NCBI GenBank assembly: GCA_963675785.1
Contig: OY776562.1
Span: 2,624,001 to 2,688,000, forward strand
Source of the DNA: Anaerolineae bacterium
Lineage (GTDB): Bacteria > Chloroflexota > Anaerolineae > UBA1429
DNA: 64,000 nucleotides
Reading direction: 5' to 3'
The position numbers and the translations under genes are program-made. Positions 9,269-17,200 of this stretch are shown in pieces. Numbering within the stretch: position 1 is the stretch's first letter; each line of letters starts with the position of its first letter. The notes below the pieces were generated by a model that was not told the DNA's origin, did not search any database, and worked only from the letters and a program-made list of their open reading frames with translations.

Positions 9269-11338
9269 TTGAGAAATCCTTATGTGACATCACGCCCTCT
9301 TGAAGAGGGAGATCTATACACAGGCCGAGAGTCAGAATTCAAAACGCTAGATGACTACCTGCACGATGGCAAACGGCTCGTACTCGTATTCGGTGCCCCG
9401 CGTGTTGGCAAAACATCGTTCCTCAAACAGCTTGCCCGCGTAGGCATTGGCGCATATCACATTCACATCACCCAGCTACCCTCTGCCCCCAACCTATTGA
9501 CGGGTTTATTGCTTGGCATTCACTCTGCTCTAGGGGGTCCGCTCCCCGGAGTATGCCAAACTGTCACAGAGGCCAAAGACTATATCCTGAGCATCAAGAA
9601 AAAGAATGAAGAAACGCTGATTTGTATCGATGGCCTGGAACCTGCCGATCTGCCCACATCACAGGCTCTTGAAGATATTGCCTGGACGCTCAGCGCAGCC
9701 GGCGGCGTCTCGGTCATCGTCACGGTTCGCGGTTTGCCCTCTCAACTCAGCTGGAGCGCCATCGGTATTCCGTATGTGGTCATTCCTCCTTTCACCGAGC
9801 AAGAAACTGCTGACACCCTCATGGTTCCAGTACGCGGTATCCTCGCCTATGACCTCGATGTGGTTCACCAGATTCACCGTTTTTCTGGCGGTATACCCTA
9901 CTATGTACAGATCTTTGGCAGCTTGATCTTTGAGAAACGAGCCGCCAAAGGCTGGGTGGGTAAGGCTGAAGCAGAAGAAACTCTGCCCCAAGTGTTACGA
10001 ATGGCCGATGAAGAACTCAAGATACTTTGGGATCAGTGCACGAGAATTCAACAGGTTGTACTATGCGCACTAGCCGAGATGAAGGGATTTCATGGCGTCG
10101 CTTCACCCGACGATGTCATGGTCTATATTCGGCGTCAGCAGTACAACGTTTCATTGGAAAAGATAAGATCTGCCTACGACCAACTGCTGCGCTCGGGGTT
10201 ACTCAAGCAATTGGGGGGCTCTACAGCCCGTTTTGAGAGCGAACTACTTCGACGTTGGGTACAAATCCATGTAAGCTGTGAGGATGTCCTTAAAAAGGCC
10301 AATCTCCACCGCGTTAGTGAGCCCAAGCAGGAAAATTTTCGGCGCCGTGAGGTTGACTGGGTAGGCGTGCTGCTTTGGATCATTGCCATCGTTCTTATTA
10401 TCGGGGTGACTTGGATTTGGCGGTCAAGGGAGACCAACATCTCTATCGGAGACCCTGCCGATGTTTCTTCGGTGAATGGAACTCTTTTGCCAGGAACCGG
10501 CCCCACACCCGAGATTGCTGCAGCCAGTGATGGTAGTCAGGGGCAAATCACTTATCAGTCTCGTAGCGATTCCAGCGATGACTGGGATATCTATGTCATG
10601 GAGGCGGACGGCAGCAATCCCACACAGTTGACCACAGATATGGCAGAAGATACTTTACCGCAGTTCTCGCCCGATGGAAGCAAGATTGCTTTTGTTAGCG
10701 ATCGCGATGGCAACCGCGAGATATATGTGATGGATGCAGACGGCAGCAATCAGAGCAACCTAACGCGTTCTTCTGGCGATGACTGGGATCCCACATGGTC
10801 GCCAGATGGGGAGTACCTTGCCTTTTCGTCATTCCGAGATGGTGATTGGGACATTTATATTTGTAAAGCCGACGGCAGCAACGTAACCCAGCTCACTACC
10901 ATGGATTCGGCTGAACGCGCACCATCCTGGTCGCCTGACGGCCAGAGAATCGCCTTTATGTCGGATGCAATGGGCAATTGGGACATTTATTCCATGGCCT
11001 CTAATGGTGCCGATATGGTGCAACTCACTGTGGATTCCTCAACGGACCAGTACCCAAGATGGTCGCCCTACGGACAATATCTATTGTGGGGCAGCTATCG
11101 CGATGGGAACATGGAGATATATGTCGCTTTGACCGATGGTAACGACAAGCGCGCTGTTAGTCTGGATGCAGAAGCAGACGACCAGGCAGGAGCCTGGTCG
11201 CCATGGGGTACTGATATCGTTTACTATAGCAATGTCGATGGTGGATGGGACATTATCGTGCTTAACCTAGAAACAGGTGATAAAACCAACCTCACCTCAA
11301 GCACTGCAGAAGAGCAATGGCCCTCGTGGGGACCTTGA
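9269..11338 (+). CDS. P-loop (STAND/AAA-like) ATPase - TM helix - TolB-like PD40 beta-propeller protein
   Basis: NPY...GRESE, Walker A GAPRVGKTS, Walker B LICIDG, SGGIPYYVQ, one TM (WVGVLLWIIAIVLIIGVTWIW), about six (W/F)SPxG repeats; TTG start after GAAAGG (ORF track start 9230). Confidence 0.8.
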   Translation: MRNPYVTSRPLEEGDLYTGRESEFKTLDDYLHDGKRLVLVFGAPRVGKTSFLKQLARVGIGAYHIHITQLPSAPNLLTGLLLGIHSALGGPLPGVCQTVTEAKDYILSIKKKNEETLICIDGLEPADLPTSQALEDIAWTLSAAGGVSVIVTVRGLPSQLSWSAIGIPYVVIPPFTEQETADTLMVPVRGILAYDLDVVHQIHRFSGGIPYYVQIFGSLIFEKRAAKGWVGKAEAEETLPQVLRMADEELKILWDQCTRIQQVVLCALAEMKGFHGVASPDDVMVYIRRQQYNVSLEKIRSAYDQLLRSGLLKQLGGSTARFESELLRRWVQIHVSCEDVLKKANLHRVSEPKQENFRRREVDWVGVLLWIIAIVLIIGVTWIWRSRETNISIGDPADVSSVNGTLLPGTGPTPEIAAASDGSQGQITYQSRSDSSDDWDIYVMEADGSNPTQLTTDMAEDTLPQFSPDGSKIAFVSDRDGNREIYVMDADGSNQSNLTRSSGDDWDPTWSPDGEYLAFSSFRDGDWDIYICKADGSNVTQLTTMDSAERAPSWSPDGQRIAFMSDAMGNWDIYSMASNGADMVQLTVDSSTDQYPRWSPYGQYLLWGSYRDGNMEIYVALTDGNDKRAVSLDAEADDQAGAWSPWGTDIVYYSNVDGGWDIIVLNLETGDKTNLTSSTAEEQWPSWGP

Positions 11339-11349
11339 GTTTGGTTGTT

Positions 11350-11601
11350 CTAGGCTAACGATGAGAACAACATCTCGATAACTTGAAGCACGACAATGGC
11401 CACCATTGGGGAAAGATCCATGCCACCAACAGGTGGAATGAGGTTCCGCAACGGGCTCAGGATCGGCTCGGTTGCCGAGTAGATAATCTGGTAAAAAGTG
11501 CCTTCACGGGAAATTGGGAACCACGACAAGAGGGCACGAAAGATGATCAGAGCGCTCAATAACTCTGCAACGACAACAATAAAGCTTATCAAATATCCCA
11601 T
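11350..11601 (-). CDS. yggT: YggT family membrane protein
   Basis: RALLSWFP, TEPILSPLR..IPP.GGMDLSP. Confidence 0.92.
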   Translation of the reverse strand: MGYLISFIVVVAELLSALIIFRALLSWFPISREGTFYQIIYSATEPILSPLRNLIPPVGGMDLSPMVAIVVLQVIEMLFSSLA

Positions 11602-11604
11602 AAA

Positions 11605-12432
11605 CTAGTTCTCTCCTAGCTCCTTTGCACGTTTGAATGCTGCAAAAACTGCTTTACCCACTGTGGCTCGCAGCTTACCGTCCTCTAGCTCGAACAGCCC
11701 TGCAGCCGTTGTGCCTCCCGGAGAAGTCACTTGATTGCGCAACATGGCCACGTGCTGTGGCGATTGAGCGGCATACATCGCCGAACCGCGCACCGTTTCG
11801 ATGGCCAGCTTGGTAGCCACATCCCGAGAAAAGCCCAATTGTACCCCTGCATCTGCCAACGCTTCGATAAACATAAAGACATACGCCGGCCCAGAGCCAC
11901 TCAAAGCCGTCGCCATATCCAAATAAGATTCCTTTTCCACATAGATCTGTTCTCCCAAAGCAGAAAGTAGCTGTCCAGCCATCTCTTTCTGCTCTGAAAA
12001 CACTCCTGCCGACGTTGTCCACACCGATATACCCTCGCCGATTTGGGCGGGCGTATTGGGCATTACTCGAACGATAGCAGATTGGCCAAGATCTAGCCCC
12101 AAACCGGAAGCAATTGTCTTCATTGTGGCCCCGGCGACAATAGAGAGAATCAGATAATCCGCGCATTTGCCCGCAAGAGGTTCTAGCACGCGACTGAGCA
12201 CTTGTGGCTTGACGGCCAGCACCAGAAACTTGACTACATCAAGCACATCCTCGTTAGCAGCATACGTTCTGATTCCCAATTCGTTTTCCAGGTAAGCGCG
12301 GCGCTCTGCATTGGGCTCGCCAACATGAATCGAGCTGGGATCGACCAACTGTTGGCGTATAGCCCCACGCACAATCGCTTCGGCCATGGTGCCGCCGCCG
12401 ATGACGCCGATAGCTGCTAGAGTCTGAGTCAT
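11605..12432 (-). CDS. proC: Pyrroline-5-carboxylate reductase
   Basis: GGGTMAEAI, AVKPQ, RVMPNTP, SGSGPAY, VTSPGGTT. Confidence 0.97.
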   Translation of the reverse strand: MTQTLAAIGVIGGGTMAEAIVRGAIRQQLVDPSSIHVGEPNAERRAYLENELGIRTYAANEDVLDVVKFLVLAVKPQVLSRVLEPLAGKCADYLILSIVAGATMKTIASGLGLDLGQSAIVRVMPNTPAQIGEGISVWTTSAGVFSEQKEMAGQLLSALGEQIYVEKESYLDMATALSGSGPAYVFMFIEALADAGVQLGFSRDVATKLAIETVRGSAMYAAQSPQHVAMLRNQVTSPGGTTAAGLFELEDGKLRATVGKAVFAAFKRAKELGEN

Positions 12433-12436
12433 GCCT

Positions 12437-13162
12437 TTATACCTCCCGCGGGCCGAACAGGGCTCGCCCCACTCGTATCAAAGTGGAACCTTCTGCAATA
12501 GCAATCTCGTAATCATCCGTCATACCCATGGAAAGCTCACTCCATGAGCTAAAAGAAGCCGCACGTACACACTCTTCTGCCAACAGCCGCGCACGCGCGA
12601 AAACCTCGTGTAAAGTATGCTCATCAACTCCCTGGGGCGCCATGGTCATCAATCCACGTACATCCAGATGGTCGAGAGGCTCGAAAGCCTCAAGTTGAGA
12701 GAGAAACTTGGCTTTGCTGAATACGTCCGCTGCCGAGAATCCGTATTTCGATTCTTCGCCAGACACATTCACCTCAAGAAACACTGGCAACGGGCTCTGC
12801 CGCTCTGCCGCAAAGCGATTTAGACGCTGCGCCAACTTGAGCGAATCTACAGAATGCACGACAGAAAAGAGCTGTACTACATCCTCGGCCTTGCGGCTTT
12901 GAATGTGGCCAATCATATCCCACCGCACCTCGATATCCGGGCGCATATGGCTCACTGTTGGGATCTTGACTTCGGCCTCTTCAACGCGGTTCTCCCCAAG
13001 CACGACAAGCCGCGCATCGAGAGCCTCAACCACTTCTTCGGGCGTGCGAGTTTTGGTGACAGCAACAAGAGTCACCTCATCTGGGCTTCGATCTGCCTTC
13101 TCGCAGGCACACCGCATTTTCTCTCGCACGTCACCCAAGTTGCGTCGAATCACAGAACTCAA
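12437..13162 (-). CDS. yggS: PLP homeostasis protein
   Basis: LVAVTK, GENRVEEA, IGHIQSRK, GLMTM, LSMGMTDDY, GST.IRVG. Confidence 0.95.
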   Translation of the reverse strand: MSSVIRRNLGDVREKMRCACEKADRSPDEVTLVAVTKTRTPEEVVEALDARLVVLGENRVEEAEVKIPTVSHMRPDIEVRWDMIGHIQSRKAEDVVQLFSVVHSVDSLKLAQRLNRFAAERQSPLPVFLEVNVSGEESKYGFSAADVFSKAKFLSQLEAFEPLDHLDVRGLMTMAPQGVDEHTLHEVFARARLLAEECVRAASFSSWSELSMGMTDDYEIAIAEGSTLIRVGRALFGPREV

Positions 13163-13163
13163 A

Positions 13164-13952
13164 TCATTCCCCCTTTAGGCCGATAAGAGCAGCAAACCGG
13201 CCAGCGTGCCCTCCGCTTGCCCGATGGGAAAAGAATCTATCACTATGGCATGCCGTGCAAATACGCGCAACCTCGATATGCCGGACACCGGCATTTTCGA
13301 GCTGAGCGGCGTTGGCCTGCCACAAATCGACATAAGGCTTACCCGAGGATTGCCACACTATCACGCTTTCCGGTATGGCAGAATTAGCTTTCATAGCCTC
13401 CACCACATCTGGGCCCACCTCATAACAGCAAGGGCCAATGGAAGGGCCAATCACAGCAATTAAATCCGCTGGATTGCAATCAAACTCTCGCTGAAGGGCC
13501 TCAACAGTATGCCCTACTACACCGTTGGCTGTGCCACGCCAACCCGCGTGAGCAATGCCCGCAACGTGCTTGTGCGGGTCATAAAACAAAATGGGCACGC
13601 AGTCGGCAAAACGCATCAGCATAAACACGTTGGTATCAGATGTAACCATACCGTCGGCATTGCCTAGGACCGCACCAGCATTCTCGCGGCCAACTCGCAC
13701 TACCTGGTTGCCGTGAACCTGATGAACAGAAACCACATCCGCCTGGCTGATACCCAAAGCACGGCACAGACGCTTGTGGTTCTCGCTCACATTTTGAGCA
13801 TCGTCACCCACATTGCTGCCCAGATTGAGCGTATTCCACGGAGCCGGGCTAACGCCACCAAACCTCTCGCTGACTGCCTGAACCAATGAATAAGGCTCGA
13901 GCAATGTTGAGCGGTAAAAATGGATGCCTGACGTATGCGTCGCTTCGTTCAC
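13164..13952 (-). CDS. pgeF: Peptidoglycan editing factor / purine nucleoside enzyme (YfiH family)
   Basis: QVHG, ADCVPI, HAGWRG, GPSIGPCCYEVG, FFSHR. Confidence 0.93.
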   Translation of the reverse strand: MNEATHTSGIHFYRSTLLEPYSLVQAVSERFGGVSPAPWNTLNLGSNVGDDAQNVSENHKRLCRALGISQADVVSVHQVHGNQVVRVGRENAGAVLGNADGMVTSDTNVFMLMRFADCVPILFYDPHKHVAGIAHAGWRGTANGVVGHTVEALQREFDCNPADLIAVIGPSIGPCCYEVGPDVVEAMKANSAIPESVIVWQSSGKPYVDLWQANAAQLENAGVRHIEVARICTACHSDRFFSHRASGGHAGRFAALIGLKGE

Positions 13953-14036
13953 TCCAACTCCATCTGCAAAATGAGCGGCTTAATCATCGATGATAGATGC
14001 CGGCTCCGAGAGTGTCAAACAGCCGCCTGAAGCATT

Positions 14037-14065
14037 TTGACACACGCATCGGCAGAACTTACACT
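14037..14065 (+). promoter_or_regulatory. rnpB promoter
   Basis: TTGACA-17 bp-TACACT just upstream of the RNase P 5' end. Confidence 0.7.
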
Positions 14066-14071
14066 GAATAA

Positions 14072-14437
14072 GAGTGGGCCGGGCAGTCGCGTGGCGGCAT
14101 TTGCCGTCCCGAGGAAAGTCCGAACTCCATAGAGCACGCTGCTGGGTAACACCCAGGCGGGGCAACCCGACGGCAAGTGCAACAGAAAGCAGAAACGCCC
14201 CGGCTTTGGCCGGGGTAAGCGTGAAACGGTGGTGTAAGAGACCACCAGCAGGCCAGGTAACTGGTCTGGCTAGGCAAACCCCAGCGGGAGCAAAACCAAG
14301 CATGGAGCGAGCGAATTTATTCGCGACGGACGGCTCGTTCGCGCTCTGGGTAGGTTGCTCGAGGCGGCAAGTAATTGCCGCCCTAGATAGATGGCTGCCT
14401 CCCTTTTGGGAACAGAATTCGGCTTATAGGCCCACTC
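14072..14437 (+). ncRNA. rnpB: RNase P RNA (bacterial type A)
   Basis: GAGGAAAGTCC, AGTGCAACAGAAA, GTGAAACGGTGGTGTAAGAG, ACAGAATTCGGCTTA; P1 GAGTGGGCC/GGCCCACTC. Confidence 0.97.
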
Positions 14438-14461
14438 AACCTTTTTTTTGTAATATTCCCC

Positions 14462-14490
14462 TTGCAAAGCATACCCCCCTATAGTATAAT
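14462..14490 (+). promoter_or_regulatory. Sigma70 promoter with overlapping CsoR/RcnR-type operator
   Basis: TTGCAA-17 bp-TATAAT; spacer contains ATAC-CCCCCTATA-GTAT (14471-14487). Confidence 0.6.
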
Positions 14491-14541
14491 GGTGCCGATC
14501 AGTTATGGGCACAATGCTCTATCAGGCTCGTTCTTAATACC

Positions 14542-14570
14542 TTGACCTTGCATTTCGCAACAGTTATACT
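14542..14570 (+). promoter_or_regulatory. Second sigma70 promoter of the ferritin/encapsulin locus
   Basis: TTGACC-17 bp-TATACT; spacer holds imperfect palindrome TTGCATTTCGCAA. Confidence 0.6.
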
Positions 14571-14618
14571 TTTTATGTTAGCTTTTTCATATCTCTCGCC
14601 GTTCAAGTTGAGGAAACT

Positions 14619-15074
14619 ATGCCTGCGTTCTCTGATATTCTCCGCATAGCTATCCGCCGGGAAATGGATAGTTATGCCCTGTATACGCAAACCGCCGAAA
14701 TGGTGGAATCGTCCTCCGGCAAAGAGCTCCTTCACGATCTTGCCAAACAAGAGGCCCTGCACCGCGAAAAACTGGAACAGCTTTTGGAGACAGGATCGGT
14801 CGATCTCGATTCCAACGCTGAAAAGCGCGTTGTCGATCTCAAAATCACCGATTATCTGGTCGAACCCCAGTTAGAACGTGGCTCAGACTTTCAACAAATT
14901 CTTATTGTTGCTGCTAAACGGGAAAAGGCCGCCTACGATCTGTATCTTGCCATGGGGCAGGTTACAGAAGACAGCCAGATCCGTAGCCTTTTCGAGTTTC
15001 TCGCCGGCCAAGAACTGGAGCACAAACAGAGGCTCGAAATCTTTTATGACGACATCGTTCTACGCGAAAACTAG
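14619..15074 (+). CDS. Ferritin-like diiron protein (rubrerythrin-type four-helix bundle, no rubredoxin domain)
   Basis: Duplicated E..Y...ExxH motifs: RREMDSY/QEALH and KREKAAY/QELEH. Confidence 0.88.
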   Translation: MPAFSDILRIAIRREMDSYALYTQTAEMVESSSGKELLHDLAKQEALHREKLEQLLETGSVDLDSNAEKRVVDLKITDYLVEPQLERGSDFQQILIVAAKREKAAYDLYLAMGQVTEDSQIRSLFEFLAGQELEHKQRLEIFYDDIVLREN

Positions 15075-15094
15075 CAATTGAGGAGTAAGAAACA

Positions 15095-15256
15095 ATGAAA
15101 TGGGAATGCCTGGTTTGTGGCTGGATTTACGACCCCGCTGTGGGCGATCCTGATGGCGGCATTGAACCCGGTGTCGCCTTTGAAGACCTCCCAGATGACT
15201 GGGTGTGCCCTGAGTGTGGTGCGACCAAAGACATGTTTGAGGCTATCGAGGAATAA
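15095..15256 (+). CDS. Rubredoxin (53 aa, below the ORF-track cutoff)
   Basis: [53 protein letters not shown]; GAGGAG RBS. Confidence 0.96.
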   Translation: MKWECLVCGWIYDPAVGDPDGGIEPGVAFEDLPDDWVCPECGATKDMFEAIEE

Positions 15257-15409
15257 GCTTTGCAATTGCGCCCCAAAAAAACGCTGATCAGCAGTCAGAT
15301 AGCCTAGCAGAAAAGAACGTTAGGCAAAACGGGTGCTTGCGTATGTGCCCAGTAGCCGATGTCTTTTGGGCATCTTTTTCATTATGTAAAGACTAGAGAC
15401 GGAGGCATT

Positions 15410-16333
15410 ATGCAGGACAAGATCATAGAAATGCTGCGCGCAGACATGCGCGGCGAGCATCAAGCCATCATACAATACCTGTTCCACGCCTATGCCATGG
15501 GTGAAGGCGAACTGGCCTGTGAAATCGAAGCCATCGCCCGCGAGGAAATGCGCCACCTCGATTGGTTGGCCGACGCCATCATCGAACTTGGCGGAGATCC
15601 TTCCATGGACCGTGACCCCGTTGATTTTGCCATGGACCTTGTAAGCGCTCAGATGGCCAAAGATGTCATTCTTGAAGAAAGGGCCATTGCTCAATACCGC
15701 GCTCATATGGAAGCCATTGAGGACGAAAAAATTCGCCGTCTTTTGGCGCGCATCGTCCATGACGAGGAATCGCACCATGGCGATTTTGAGCACTTTGTCG
15801 AAAAAACCGCAGCAGAAGAACAAGCAACCGAAGGCGCCGAGGCACCCGCTCCCTCTCCCATGGCTCAGCGCTTGGCTGAGATCCTGAACCAGGGTATTCA
15901 CCACGAGTACAGCGTTCTTTTACAATATATTTTCCATTCGTTCGTTGCACCAGATAAGGAACGGGCGGAAGAGCTACAGAACATAGGCATCAATGAGATG
16001 CAACACATGGGCTGGCTTGCTGAGGAAATGATGGGCATGGGAGGAATGCCCATATTTGAGCATGGCGATCTCGTGCTTACCCATGATATGGAAGAGGCAT
16101 TGGAAGCTGATATTGAGGTCGAGCGCGAGGTGACTAACACCTACAGTCGACAGATTCCCGAAATCGATGACCCCGGCATCAAGAGCCTTATCGAGCGCAT
16201 TCGAGACCACGAGATCTATCACGATGCCGTCTTTACCGATCTACTGGAAGAAACGCGCGAGCAGGAACCAGAGAAGAAACCTGAAGACAAAAAGACGTCA
16301 ACCCCACCCAGCGTGGGTAGTCTTAAAAAGTAG
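15410..16333 (+). CDS. Tandem double bacterioferritin-like protein; probable encapsulin cargo
   Basis: Two four-helix units (EEMRH/DEESH and NEMQH/HEIYH), charged P/K/E linker and C-terminal SVGSLKK; GGAGG RBS before ATG 15410. Confidence 0.85.
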   Translation: MQDKIIEMLRADMRGEHQAIIQYLFHAYAMGEGELACEIEAIAREEMRHLDWLADAIIELGGDPSMDRDPVDFAMDLVSAQMAKDVILEERAIAQYRAHMEAIEDEKIRRLLARIVHDEESHHGDFEHFVEKTAAEEQATEGAEAPAPSPMAQRLAEILNQGIHHEYSVLLQYIFHSFVAPDKERAEELQNIGINEMQHMGWLAEEMMGMGGMPIFEHGDLVLTHDMEEALEADIEVEREVTNTYSRQIPEIDDPGIKSLIERIRDHEIYHDAVFTDLLEETREQEPEKKPEDKKTSTPPSVGSLKK

Positions 16334-16347
16334 CCCAGGAGGGCAAT

Positions 16348-17130
16348 ATGGCTGATTATTTGATGCGTGAAACAGCTCCCTTTGATCTAGAAGATTGGGC
16401 CAAAATCGACGAGATGGTCGTCACAGTGGCCAAAAAAGAACTCGTAGGCCGCAAGGTACTCGATATGGTGGGTCCCCTGGGCTGGGGTACTGAAGTTGCC
16501 CCGTTGTTCGGTTTTGAACAAAAGGACGGCTCGTCCGTCATCTCAGAGAAGACGACTTATGCCCCACTGGAGACGCTTCAGGCAGATTTCCAGCTTCGCG
16601 CCAAGCAATTGGCCGTGCGCGATCAAACCTCCTTCAAGATGGATCTCGGGGCTGTTGCCATCGCCGCCTCGCAATTGGTCCGTGCTGAAGATGCTCTCAT
16701 CATGGGCGCTTTGAAAAAAGCAGGCAAAACCAAGGCACCCTTGGGCGATTGGGACACCATTGGTGGTCCGTTTGCTGCTATCTCTGCTGCCATTGCCACC
16801 ATGCGAGATAACGGCTTTGCCTCGCCCTTTACATTGGTCATGAGCCAGGCACACTATGCCAAACTAGCCAGCCTCATGTCGCAGGGACGCCGTGAAATCG
16901 AGATGATCAAGGCACTGGCAGATGGCGGCATTTTCGCCACCACCAGCCTGACAGCGAATGATCCCGTTCTGCTGCTTTGCCCGGCCGACTGGAATATGGA
17001 CCTCGTCGTAGGTCAGGATATCGCCACGGCCTATATGGGCAACGAAGGCCTAGATCACCTCTTCCGAATTCTGGAGACACTCCTCGTGAGGGTCAAGAGG
17101 CCAGGGGCCATCTGCTTGCTCAAAGATTAA
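16348..17130 (+). CDS. Family 1 encapsulin shell protein (Linocin_M18-like)
   Basis: 260 aa; YL.RETAP..EDW.KID...AKK.LVGRK.L..VGPLGWG N-terminus and DLVVGQDI.TAY.G...F.ILETL..RVK.PGAIC.L C-terminus. Confidence 0.9.
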   Translation: MADYLMRETAPFDLEDWAKIDEMVVTVAKKELVGRKVLDMVGPLGWGTEVAPLFGFEQKDGSSVISEKTTYAPLETLQADFQLRAKQLAVRDQTSFKMDLGAVAIAASQLVRAEDALIMGALKKAGKTKAPLGDWDTIGGPFAAISAAIATMRDNGFASPFTLVMSQAHYAKLASLMSQGRREIEMIKALADGGIFATTSLTANDPVLLLCPADWNMDLVVGQDIATAYMGNEGLDHLFRILETLLVRVKRPGAICLLKD

Positions 17131-17138
17131 GAAAACAG

Positions 17139-17163
17139 AGGGCCGCGCATGCGGCCCTTTTGT
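17139..17163 (+). terminator. Possible weak terminator or processing hairpin after the encapsulin gene
   Basis: AGGGCCGC-GCAT-GCGGCCCT followed by TTTGT. Confidence 0.55.
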
Positions 17164-17200
17164 CATCTCCTCAACGCGATACACCAAAGGAGACCCGTTT

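Noticed and set aside
10560-11330. Periodic nucleotide similarity considered as a repeat or CRISPR array
   Set aside because: Explained by the coding PD40 propeller repeats; no identical repeats with unique spacers were noticed anywhere in the window
13980-14512. Several overlapping ORFs of 70-136 aa
   Set aside because: They overlap the RNase P RNA gene
16348-17130. Prophage major capsid interpretation of the HK97-fold gene
   Set aside because: No terminase, portal, protease or tail genes nearby; the upstream cargo with a GSL-type peptide indicates an encapsulin
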